Source: an uncultured Bacteroidales bacterium (GTDB lineage: Bacteria > Bacteroidota > Bacteroidia > Bacteroidales > VadinHA17). Taken from it: a stretch of 64,000 nucleotides of DNA. The notes below the pieces were generated by a model. The model was not told the DNA's origin. It did no database searches and saw only the letters and a list, made by a program, of their open reading frames with translations. Below are positions 44,054 to 53,373 of this stretch, in pieces. Location of the stretch: positions 10,619 through 74,618 of the forward strand of contig CAVTAA010000009.1 in NCBI GenBank assembly GCA_963732575.1, written 5' to 3'. The stretch's first letter is position 1. Every line of letters starts with the position of its first letter. A program made the translations under genes and the position numbers.

Positions 44054-45205
44054 TTAAAGCTTGTCGGAGAATACTGATGGCGGCAGTGCACGGAGATTGT
44101 ACCTTGAAGCCATAACCTCACCGTAAGCTCCGGCAGAACGAATTGCAATCAGGTCACCGCGCCGTGTCTCCGGCAGGTCAATAAACTTACCGAATGTATC
44201 AGTCGTCTCGCAGACTGGGCCGGCAACAGTGTATTTTTTCTCCTTCAGCTCCGAGGTTAGATTATCTATTCGATGATAAGCATGGTACAGTGCGGGCCTC
44301 AGCAGGTCAGTCATGCCGGCATCAAGGATCACGAATGTCTCAGCTGTGCCTTCCTTGACAAATAAGACCTTTGAAATAAGTGATCCGCATGCTGCTGTCA
44401 GTGATCGTCCAAGTTCAAATGAGATAGTGCTCCGTATCTTTTTATCAAGATGATCACGGAAGATGCTGAAGTATTCTGCAAATGCAGGCTGCTGGTCCGG
44501 CTCGGAATAATTTATCCCCAGTCCGCCACCCACATTTATATCCGCTGGCTCAAGTCCCCTGTCCGTAAACCATTCATAAAGCTCGTTCACTCTTGAACAG
44601 AGATGTCTGTATACATGGAGGTCGGTGATCTGTGACCCTATATGAAAATGGATGCCAGCGAAAGAAAGGTTCTTTAAGCGGGGCAGGAGCGAAACCGCAT
44701 TATCAAGCTCGCTGATCCGGAAGCCGAATTTGTTTTCATCGGTTCCTGTGGTTATCTCCCTTATTGTATGGGCTTCTATGTTTGGATTGATACGCAGGGC
44801 CACTCTGGCATTTCTGTCCATCCGGCCGGCAATTGCGTTTATGACTTCCAGCTCTTCAGCAGACTCGCAATTAAAGCATTTAATGCCGAGTCTGAGGCCT
44901 GTTTCAATCTCATGATCGCTCTTGCCTACTCCGGCAAAAACGGTCGCTGCTGCCGGAAAACCACAATTGACTGCGTGTTCAATCTCATTGCCGCTCACAC
45001 AATCAGCCCCGAAACCGTATTCAGAAACAGTTTTCATAATGACGGGGTTGAAGTTGGCTTTCACGGCATAATGCACTTTAAAGCCTCTTTCGGCTGCTTC
45101 TTTCGAAGCCAGGGTGAGGGTTCTGCGCAACACATCCGTATCATAATAGTAAAAGGGTGTACTGCGGGACCTAAGTCGCCTGACAATATCTTCGGTAAAT
45201 GTCAT
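44054..45205 (-). CDS. lysA: Diaminopimelate decarboxylase
   Basis: 383 aa. PLP-Lys HYAVKAN, GGGLGI, CETTD. Its ATG overlaps the lysC stop (ATGA). Confidence 0.9.
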   Translation of the reverse strand: MTFTEDIVRRLRSRSTPFYYYDTDVLRRTLTLASKEAAERGFKVHYAVKANFNPVIMKTVSEYGFGADCVSGNEIEHAVNCGFPAAATVFAGVGKSDHEIETGLRLGIKCFNCESAEELEVINAIAGRMDRNARVALRINPNIEAHTIREITTGTDENKFGFRISELDNAVSLLPRLKNLSFAGIHFHIGSQITDLHVYRHLCSRVNELYEWFTDRGLEPADINVGGGLGINYSEPDQQPAFAEYFSIFRDHLDKKIRSTISFELGRSLTAACGSLISKVLFVKEGTAETFVILDAGMTDLLRPALYHAYHRIDNLTSELKEKKYTVAGPVCETTDTFGKFIDLPETRRGDLIAIRSAGAYGEVMASRYNLRALPPSVFSDKL

Positions 45206-46521
45206 TCTTCAGGAAATAGTTTTGCACTCAGCGACCGCAGAGCTATTATCTTGTCTCTTGTATTTACGAGTATTGACACACTGTTTTCGCTTCCTCCGTA
45301 TGATATCATCTTCACCGGTATTTCATTCAATGCCTCAAATATTTCAGGTGCGGAACCGACCCTGCCGGGACGGAAATCGCCGACGACACAGATGATGGTC
45401 TGCTCTTTCTCAACCTCAACAATGCCGATGGAGCTCAGGCTTTTTACAATGTCATCAAGGTAAGTAGCATCGTCAATAGTAAGTGAAACAGATACTTCTG
45501 AGGTGGTGATCATGTCAATCGGTGTTTTGAAAGCTTCGAAAACCTCAAAGATCTTTCTCATGAAACCGTAGGCCAGAAGCATACGGTCGGACCGTACCCT
45601 CAGCACTATGATCCCGTCTTTTGCCGCCACTGCCTTGTAGTCTTCCAACGTTGATGCGGATTTGATAAGTGTTCCCTCATCAGATGGATGCATGGTGTTT
45701 TTCAGTCTGACGGGGATATTTTTCATTCTGGCCGGATGGATGCTTGAGGGGTGAAGTATCTTGGCGCCGAAGTATGCAAGCTCTGCTGCCTCATCAAATG
45801 AAAGGTTCCTGATGACACGGGTATTTTCAACATACCTGGGGTCGTTGTTATGGATGCCGCTGATATCGGTCCAAATCTGTACTTCTTCCGCACCGGTCGC
45901 TGCACCTATTATTGTGGCGCTGAAGTCACTTCCGCCCCTGCGCAGGTTATCTGTCTCCCCGAACACGTTTCTGCAGATGTAACCCTGGGTAATTATGATC
46001 TTCTCTTCATTTACTGCTGACAGTTCACGTTTGAGGTTCTCCCGGATATAGAAATAATCAGGCTCACCGTCCTTATCTATGCGCATGAAGTTAAGTGCCG
46101 GCACAAGCACGGAAGGAATACCCGTCTCTGAAAGAAGAAAGTGCAGGAAAGCTGTTGAAAGAAGCTCTCCGCGCGCCAGTATGCGCTTCTCATTGTGCCT
46201 GCTGTATTCCCTTGAAAAAAGAGTGTCGATATAACCGAATTGTTCATCAGCAAGATCATGTGCCTTGAGGGTCCATGTCTCTGACGAGAAGAGAGCATCA
46301 GCCACTGCATGATATTCTTTCCTCATGGCTTCACACTTTTTCCTGGCTTCATCCTTGTTGCCGTCAGAAAAAAGTTCCGACATCTCTGCAAGAGCATTTG
46401 TTGTACCGGCCATGGCAGACAGTACAACGATCTTTTCTGTCTCGTCGTTTATGAGTGGAATCAGCGCCCTGAAACGCTCCGCTGTTCCGACTGAAGTACC
46501 ACCGAACTTATATACTTTCAT
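45202..46521 (-). CDS. lysC: Aspartate kinase
   Basis: 439 aa. MKVYKFGGTSVG, GGSDFSA, C-terminal ACT domains. Confidence 0.9.
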   Translation of the reverse strand: MKVYKFGGTSVGTAERFRALIPLINDETEKIVVLSAMAGTTNALAEMSELFSDGNKDEARKKCEAMRKEYHAVADALFSSETWTLKAHDLADEQFGYIDTLFSREYSRHNEKRILARGELLSTAFLHFLLSETGIPSVLVPALNFMRIDKDGEPDYFYIRENLKRELSAVNEEKIIITQGYICRNVFGETDNLRRGGSDFSATIIGAATGAEEVQIWTDISGIHNNDPRYVENTRVIRNLSFDEAAELAYFGAKILHPSSIHPARMKNIPVRLKNTMHPSDEGTLIKSASTLEDYKAVAAKDGIIVLRVRSDRMLLAYGFMRKIFEVFEAFKTPIDMITTSEVSVSLTIDDATYLDDIVKSLSSIGIVEVEKEQTIICVVGDFRPGRVGSAPEIFEALNEIPVKMISYGGSENSVSILVNTRDKIIALRSLSAKLFPEE

Positions 46522-46568
46522 CTTCTGTCAATGTCATCAATATGCGGCATATCCTTATTTGCCGGGGT

Positions 46569-46576
46569 CAAATATA
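46569..46576 (-). promoter_or_regulatory. -7 promoter box (TAnnTTTG) for lysC-lysA
   Basis: The minus strand reads tatatttg, 48 nt upstream of the lysC ATG. Confidence 0.4.
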
Positions 46577-46649
46577 AATAAAAGTGATGCTCATGATTAA
46601 ATATTTTCTCTCTTTTCTCCAAAGGGGGGTATTGTAAAAAAAAATTCTT

Positions 46650-46657
46650 TATTTTTG
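46650..46657 (+). promoter_or_regulatory. -7 promoter box (TAnnTTTG) for the tRNA-Leu pair
   Basis: tatttttg, 75 nt upstream of the first tRNA. Confidence 0.4.
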
Positions 46658-46668
46658 CACCCGTTTTA

Positions 46669-46724
46669 AAGACAAAAGACAAAAGTCACAAGACAAAAGG
46701 GGAAAGACTTTTATCTTTTATCTT
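46669..46724. repeat. Leader module 1 before tRNA-Leu(CAG): purine-rich heptad run plus pyrimidine-rich partner
   Basis: AAGACAAAAGACAAAAGTCACAAGACAAAAG (46669-46699) and GACTTTTATCTTTTATCTT (46706-46724). Confidence 0.85.
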
Positions 46725-46731
46725 GAAGCAA

Positions 46732-46818
46732 GCCCAGATGGCGAAATTGGTAGACGCGCTAGTTTCAGGGACTAGTGTCAGCAATGATGTGCAGGTTCGA
46801 GTCCTGTTCTGGGCACCA
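46732..46818 (+). tRNA. tRNA-Leu (anticodon CAG), class II with long variable arm, CCA encoded
   Basis: Manual cloverleaf: acceptor GCCCAGA/TCTGGGC, anticodon stem CTAGT/ACTAG with loop TTCAGGG, T-loop TTCGAGT, terminal ACCA. Confidence 0.9.
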
Positions 46819-46822
46819 ACTG

Positions 46823-46907
46823 AAGACAAAAGACAAAAGGCACAAGACAAAAGTGATAATTAATTCCAGTAATGACTTTTATCTTTTTACTTTTATCTTT
46901 GATCTTT
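46823..46907. repeat. Leader module 2 before tRNA-Leu(GAG), a copy of module 1
   Basis: AAGACAAAAGACAAAAGGCACAAGACAAAAG (46823-46853) is 30/31 identical to module 1. GACTTTTATCTTTTTACTTTTATCTTTGATCTTT at 46874-46907. Confidence 0.85.
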
Positions 46908-46914
46908 AAGAATG

Positions 46915-46998
46915 GCCCAGATGGTGAAATTGGTAGACACGCCAGCTTGAGGGGCTGGTGCCGGTTACGGTGTGCAAGTTCGAGTCTTGTTCTGGGCA
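46915..46998 (+). tRNA. tRNA-Leu (anticodon GAG), class II, CCA not encoded
   Basis: Acceptor GCCCAGA/TCTGGGC, anticodon stem CCAGC/GCTGG with loop TTGAGGG, T-loop TTCGAGT. Confidence 0.9.
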
Positions 46999-46999
46999 C

Positions 47000-47029
47000 A
47001 AAAAAAGCTGCAAAGGCAGCTTTTTTTTA
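47000..47029. terminator. Bidirectional rho-independent terminator after the tRNA pair and the convergent GH3 gene
   Basis: a7-GCTGCaaagGCAGC-t8. Confidence 0.8.
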
Positions 47030-49984
47030 TTGAATGATTGCATCATACGCTGCCTGTAAAATATGGCCGCGGATCAGCAAGTCGGAAATTTTGTTGTTGC
47101 TCCGTGTCGGATACACCCTGTTGCTGAGAAAGACAAAGGAGAGCTCTGCCTCAGGATCGACCCACACAAATGTCCCTGTAAAACCTGAATGGCCAAAGCT
47201 TGAAGGTGAGGCTGACGGACACGGATACATTTCCTCAGGCGGTATTGTATCATTTGGAAGTCCGGCTTGTCAAACCCCAGTCCCCGCCTGTTATCATTCT
47301 CGGGAAACTGAACCCTTGTATATTCTTTCAGGACCTCCTGGCTTAGTACCCTGACTCCGCCGTATTCGCCCCCTCTCCGGTACATCTCAATAAGCTTCAG
47401 CAAGTCATCGCCTGTGGCGAAGAGCCCGGCATGACCCGAGACACCGCCAAGCATGGCAGCGCCTTCATCATGCACTGTACCCCGGAGAAGCTGCTTTCTG
47501 AATAAGGAATCATACTCAGTGGGCACAATCCGCATCTTTGGATACTTTTCCATCGGATTGTAGGTAATATTGAATGCACCGATAGGGCGGTAGATATTTT
47601 GAACTGCAAACTTGTCAATGGTTGAATCAGTCAGACTCTCAATAATGTCAGCCGAAAGTATAAAAGCGAGATCCGAATAAACAAATTTTCCGGGTCCTTT
47701 TTCGCTGTCACGGATCTCTTTGAACATCTCTTTCAGATAATGCCTGTTCATATACATTGAATCAGTAACCGCCAGGGCAAATTTCCTGTTATGGAAGTCG
47801 CTGAAGATGCCGCTTTTGAATGTGCTGTCTTCTTTTATGGTGCTCTTCCAGAATGGAATCCATGATTTAAGTCCCGCCTGGTGGGCGAGTACATCGCGCA
47901 TTACCATGTCGCCCTTATCGGAGAACCTATACCAGGGGAGGTAATAACCCAGTGTTTTGTCCGGGTCGAACAGCCCCCGGTCGTCAAGCAGCATAAGTGA
48001 CGGAGTGCCGGCTGACACTTTGGTCACAGATGCAAGATCCCACAAATCATGCTCAGTAACCGCCTCGGTGCTGTCATAAAAATGAAACCCATAGCATTTA
48101 TTAAGAACAACAATACCTTTCCGGGCGATCAGTACCTGGCATCCGGGGTATGCAAGAGAATCCATTCCTGATTTGACGATGGAATCAACTCTGGTGATCA
48201 GCGCCACGGAGTTGAGACCGGCATTTTCAGGGAAACCGTACTGTAGCCTGAGGCTGCCCGGGGTCCTGATGCCAAAACCTTCAGGGTAACCGTCACTGAT
48301 CGTCACAGGAAGCCGTCCGGATGCTCCAATAGCGCCGAAAACCACCTGTACCGACGCCTGGTGTGTGTAGTTATTGTCCTGATAGGCAATAAGCATAGCC
48401 GATGGCCTTGTCGTAACCTCCAGTTTTGCCACTCCGTAGGGATTGCCGAACCACAGTATCACTGACCTGTCCAGCTCCGCCAGCCGGTTTACAACATTGC
48501 GCAGAGGCTGCGTCACGCCGTAGGAAGAAGAGGGTTTCTGTGCGAGACCGCAGATCCCGGCAATAACTATATCATAATCCTTAAGCTTTGACAAGACGTA
48601 CCCGGCAGACTGTTCATTCTCCGGGTCAATAAAAAAGTGATCGGCATTTGTGTACCTGTCTGTCATCCGCTGGAATTCAGTCATAGCCAGCCTGTTGACT
48701 GCCACAGTAGCGATTCTCACTTTATCAAGCCGTCCGACTGGTATCAGGTTATCATTGTTTTCAATCAGGGTCATTGCGCCTGCATACAGATCCCTTATGA
48801 GTGCAGGATGGGCAGAGGCAGGGATTTGGAGATGTCTTTCCTGAAGAAGCCTCATCACCCCTGTTCAGTCTTGAAAGCCAAAGCTTTGCAGCGAGCACTT
48901 TTTCACATCTTGATCTAATCTCTTCGACACCTATCTCCAGTCTCTCAACCCTGAGTGCAATTTCAGCTATTGCCTTTATGGGGTCAGTGGAGTACTCAAT
49001 CACATCATTCCCGGCTTTCAAGGGCTTCTGCATCAGCTATACCTGACGGATAGGTCAGGGTGGCTCCGGCCATATTCATCGCATCGGTCAGCACCAGGCC
49101 CTTGTACCCGATTTCTTCTTTAAGCAACCCGGTGATAACCTTACGTGAGAAGGTAGAGGGCAGGCGTGGTGTGGCATCAAGTCCGGGTACGTTTATATGT
49201 GCGCTCATCACCGAACCTACACCTTCCCCGAACAGGCGTATAAAAGGTATAAGCTCAACATTATCAAATCGTTGGCGACTGCCACTAATGACAGGTAGGC
49301 CTGTGTGGGAATCAACGTCGGTGTCACCGTGACCCGGAAAATGCTTGGCACAGGCCATAATGCCATTGTCCTGCAGTCCTTTCATATACATCACAGCTTT
49401 TGTTGCGACTTTCTGCGGATCCTCGCCGAATGAACGTGAGTTGATGACCGGATTACGGGGATTATTATTGACGTCAGCAACAGGTGCCAGGTTAAGGTTT
49501 ACACCTGTTTCACGGCACTGCCACGCTATTGCGGCTCCCATCCTGTAAATGAGCGAATCATCCTGCAGTGCACCCGAGAGTCATCTGGTATGGAAAATCT
49601 TCAACATCCTTCAGGCGCATCCCTGTTCCCCACTCGGCATCCTGGGCAATTATGAGCGGTATCCGGGTGACGGAATCGAGGCGCCTGGTAAAATCGATCT
49701 GTGCCTGCAGTATTACCCTCGAAGAAAATCACACCACCGATACCATATTTTACGACCAGCTCCTCCACCTGTCTGAAATTATTCTCTGAATCACCGGCCC
49801 AGGCAGGCACCCAGATGAGCTGGGCAATCATTTCCCTGACTGTCATGGTGTTGATTATGCTGTCAACCCTTTTGTCATCAAGATACCGCAACCAGGGTAC
49901 AGGATCCTCAATGGCATTAACCCTCTGCAGGGGAAGAGAGAGCATGATCAGCGGCAACAAAAGTGACAGGTAAGTTTTTTTCAT
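47027..49984 (-). CDS. Fusion protein: glycoside hydrolase family 3 (NagZ-like beta-N-acetylhexosaminidase) N-terminal part plus class C beta-lactamase/serine-hydrolase C-terminal part; at least 4 frame breaks
   Basis: Same-strand fragments 49601..50020 (signal peptide MKKTYLSLLLPLIML, GGVIFFEG), 49005..49541 (KHFPGHGDTDVDSH), 48761..49033, 47074..48858 (SxxK motif ASVTKV) and 47027..47230 (GHSGFTGTFVWVDP). Confidence 0.75.
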
Positions 49985-50091
49985 GGGATAAGGGCTTTTG
50001 ACATCGATCAAAAATAGCACTTTTCTTTGTTATTATTTTCCATTATGATTACTTCCAAATTGCTATTTTTACGTAACCTAAAAACTAAGCT

Positions 50092-51223
50092 ATGGCAGTT
50101 TCAAAGACATCCGCAAAGAGTGGCAAGAGCGCATCAGGCAGGCTGATGTCGTTAGATGTATTCAGGGGCATGACGGTAGCCTTCATGATAATTGTGAATA
50201 CACCGGGCACCTGGAGTCACGTATTTGCTCCTCTCAGGCATGCCTCATGGCATGGCTGCACTCCGACAGACCTTGTCTTCCCATCTTTTCTTTTTATCTC
50301 AGGAGTGGCAATGTGGTATTCACTGCGCAAATACAATTTCGAGTTTTCAGGTCCTGCACTGTTCCGTATCCTGAGAAGGGTGGCCCTGATATTTCTTGCC
50401 GGGCTTTTTCTTAACATCTTTCCGCGTTTTGCCCGTGATTATGACACACTGCGTATAATGGGAGTGCTGCAGAGGATTGCCCTTGCCTGGGGTCTGGGAG
50501 CAATAGTAGTGCTGCTTGTTAAACGCAATTATATCTGGATCGCCACATTGATCCTGCTTTTTGGCTACTGGGCACTGATGTATTTCTTCGGCGGGAGCGA
50601 CCCGTACTCACTTGAAGGGAACTTCGCCCGCCAGGTTGACCTGAAAATCCTGGGAGAGAATCATCTTTACAAGGGATTTGGCGTTCCGTTCGATCCTGAA
50701 GGTCTGCTGAGCACCATTCCTGCAGTGGCTACGGTACTTCTCGGCTTCATGGCCGGCAATCTCATCAGCAGCCAGGGCAACATCGTGGAAAACCGTCGGC
50801 TGGCTTGCCATCACCGGTGCAGCACTGATAGGAGCAGGACTGTTGTGGGGGCAGTATTTCCCGATCAACAAACCGATCTGGACCAGCTCATATGTCCTTT
50901 ATGCAGGAGGTATCGGAATGATGATACTGGCGCTGTTGTTCATGATCGTTGATATATGGGGGCTCAAGGGATGGACAGGCTTCTTCAACACCTTCGGAAC
51001 CAATCCGCTCTTCACATACGTGCTTGCCGGAATATGGACAAAGACCATGCTGAGTATCAAGATAGGTGAGGTCACACTTTATAACTGGATATTCACTCAT
51101 ATCTGCAGTCCGCTCTTTGAGAACCAGAAGATTGGCCAGCCTCATGTTCGCCATAATACAGGTACTATTATCTGGGCCTTCGGCTATATTCTTTACCGCA
51201 GAAAAATAATCATCCGGTTCTGA
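50092..51223 (+). CDS. DUF5009/DUF1624 (heparan-alpha-glucosaminide N-acetyltransferase-like) polytopic membrane protein; one visible frame break (50843-50952) plus a probable compensating pair near 51131-51170
   Basis: RLMSLDVFRGMTVAFMIIVN, WHGCTPTDLVFPSFLFISG, INKPIWTSSYVLY. Confidence 0.7.
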
Positions 51224-51224
51224 G

Positions 51225-52648
51225 ATGGATATAAGAACAACTGTTGAACAGGCCTTTCTGAAATGGAGAGGTACTGCACCCGGGATAATAACACGGCTGC
51301 CTCAGTCAGGCTCTGACAGGGTATATTTCAGGATGTTATACGGTGACAAACATGTTATCGGAGCCTATAATCCCAGCCGTGAGGAGAACGATGCCTTCGT
51401 GGGCTTTTCAAATCATTTCAGGTCAAAAGGGTTACCCGTACCGGAGATCTTTGTCTATTATCCAGAAGACAGGGTCTATTTCCTGGAAGACCTCGGTGAT
51501 TCCAACCTGTTCACCTGGCTGGCACAGCGTACTGATGAAGAACGGTTTAACAAGGAGACTGAAGATACTCTTCCTGACTATTGCATCTGATCTTGTACGT
51601 ATACAGACTGAGGGGATAAAAGGCCTGGACCTTTCGTTATGTTATCCGCACCGCAGCTTTGACAGGCAGAGTATGGTGTGGGACCTGAACTATTACAAGT
51701 ACATGTTCCTGAAGCTCATTGGTGCACCATTCAATGAGATCAAGCTTGAGCGTGATTTTGAGGCGCTGACCCGGTTTCTGCTCGATGCCGGGCAGGAATA
51801 TTTTCTCTTCCGCGATTTCCAGACAGCCAATATCATGATCAGGGATGGAAAGCCATGGTATATTGATTACCAGGGAGGCAGGCTCGGAGCACCACAGTAT
51901 GACATTGCCTCCCTGGTTTATGACGCCAAGGCATATATTCCCGCTGATATCAGGAACAAGACGCTTGAACGTCACCTTGATCTCTTTGCGGCTGCAACAG
52001 GCAAGCCAAGAGAATCCCTTTCAAAGTATTCCGGTTGCTTTTACGCTGATAAGACTGATGCAGGCACTCGGTGCCTTCGGATTCAGGGGTCTTCATGAAA
52101 ACAAACCGACATTCACTGAGAGCATTGTCCCTGCCGTTGAGCTGATGAATGATCTCCTTGCCGGCGATCAGTTACAGATGGACCTTCCCGAGCTTAAAAA
52201 AGCTTCCGAAGCGGTTCCGCTGCAGAGAAAATACCGGATCCTCTCTCATTACCAGGAGTTGGTGAGAATAAATATAGAGAGCTTCTCATATGTCAGGGGC
52301 AGGGATGCTTAGTTATGATACCGGCAGCGGATTTGTGTTCGACTGTCGCGGACTGCGCAATCCGGTGCTTGAGATCAGATCTGAAAGAACTTACCGGCAT
52401 GGATCCTGAAGTGATCGAGTTTTTCGGCAATGATGATGAGGCTGTCGCCTTTGCAGGAGACTGCTCCAACATTATTCGCAATACGCTGCCGATGATGAGA
52501 AGAAAGGGTATCCTTGAGATAAATGCTGCCTTCGGATGCGTTGGAGGAGTGCATCGTTCCGTATGGTGTGCCACCAGGGTAGCATCGATGCTGATCGGTC
52601 ATGCCGGGAGTGACAGTGACAGTAAACCATACCGTGCTCGGCCTATGA
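51225..52648 (+). CDS. AmgK-like anomeric amino-sugar kinase (APH-type phosphotransferase) fused to a RapZ C-terminal-like domain; at least 4 frame breaks
   Basis: Kinase motif FRDFQTANIMIRDGKPWYIDYQGGRLGAPQYDIASL. It continues in the same ORF into LVRINIESFSYVRG...GFVFDCRGLRNP...LKELTGMDPEVIEFF...AFGCVGGVHRSV, which parallels E. coli RapZ ESFGFKHG..YVFDVRFLPNP..MTGLD..AIGCTGGKHRSV. The probable true stop is TGA 52646-52648 in frame 2, overlapping the murU ATG. Confidence 0.6.
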
Positions 52649-53371
52649 AAGCCATGATCTTCGCAGCAGGGCTCGGCACACGACTGGGTGAGCTGAGCAG
52701 GGAGAGACCAAAGGCCCTGGTGGATGTAAATGGTAAAACAGCCCTGCGCCTGGCTGCCGGGAAACTTGTTTCAGCAGGTTTTAATGACCTGATAGTAAAC
52801 ATTCATCATCATCCTGCGCTTATGACGGAGGAGATAGAAAAACTCCGCAGCGACGGTTTCACGGATCACTGTCTCAGATGAAACAGATGAGCTCCTTGAT
52901 ACTGGCGGAGGCCTTTACGAGAGCACGTCACTTTTTCACATGACAAACCGTTCTGTCTGTTATAATGTTGATATTTTCACCGATCTTGATATCAGCGATA
53001 TGTATCAGCAGCATCTTGCTTCCGGAGCGCTGGCCACACTGGCTGTCAGGCACCGGCCGGGGAACAGGTTTTATCTCGTTGACAAAACAGGCAGAGTACG
53101 CGGATGGCGAAACATTGCAACCAAGGAGGAGATAATAACTGTCGGCAGCAGCAAGGGACTGGAGGAGATTGCCTTCTCAGGTATACATGTGCTGTCTCCT
53201 GAAGTATTTGATAAGATGCCAGCCGGAATATACACTATGACATCACTTTACCTCATGCTCGCAGGAAAGAACAAAATAATGACATATCTTCATGATGATG
53301 GTTACTGGTTTGACTGCGGCACACCGGCCAATCTTGAAAAGATAAGGGATTATCTCAGCGGTCACGACTGA
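52645..53371 (+). CDS. MurU-like N-acetylmuramate alpha-1-phosphate uridylyltransferase (sugar-1-P nucleotidyltransferase); frame break near 52865
   Basis: MKAMIFAAGLGTRLGELSRERPKALV (GxGTR), LLDTGGGL, WFDCGTP. Confidence 0.7.
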
Positions 53372-53373
53372 GA

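Noticed and set aside
46522-46650. Lysine riboswitch (L-box) upstream of lysC
   Set aside because: Only about 50 nt lie between the candidate -7 box (46569-46576) and the start codon, far shorter than an L-box of about 180 nt. I could not see any conserved L-box helices.
46778-46999. 73-aa ORF on the minus strand
   Set aside because: It lies entirely across the two tRNA-Leu genes and their spacer, which is a typical spurious ORF.
46732-47029. tRNA locus as an integration site of a genomic island
   Set aside because: There is no integrase and no duplicated tRNA 3' half. The flanking genes (lysC and the GH3 fusion) are ordinary chromosomal genes.
52315-53371. Triple fusion AmgK-RapZ_C-MurU (the track ORF 52315..52881 reads through from the RapZ_C-like part into MurU)
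   Set aside because: In frame 2 the sequence reads ...MPGVTVTVNHTVLGL-stop, with the TGA overlapping the MurU ATG (ATGA at 52645-52648). That is a typical gene junction and a RapZ-like C-terminal ending. The read-through is most simply one more indel near 52595.
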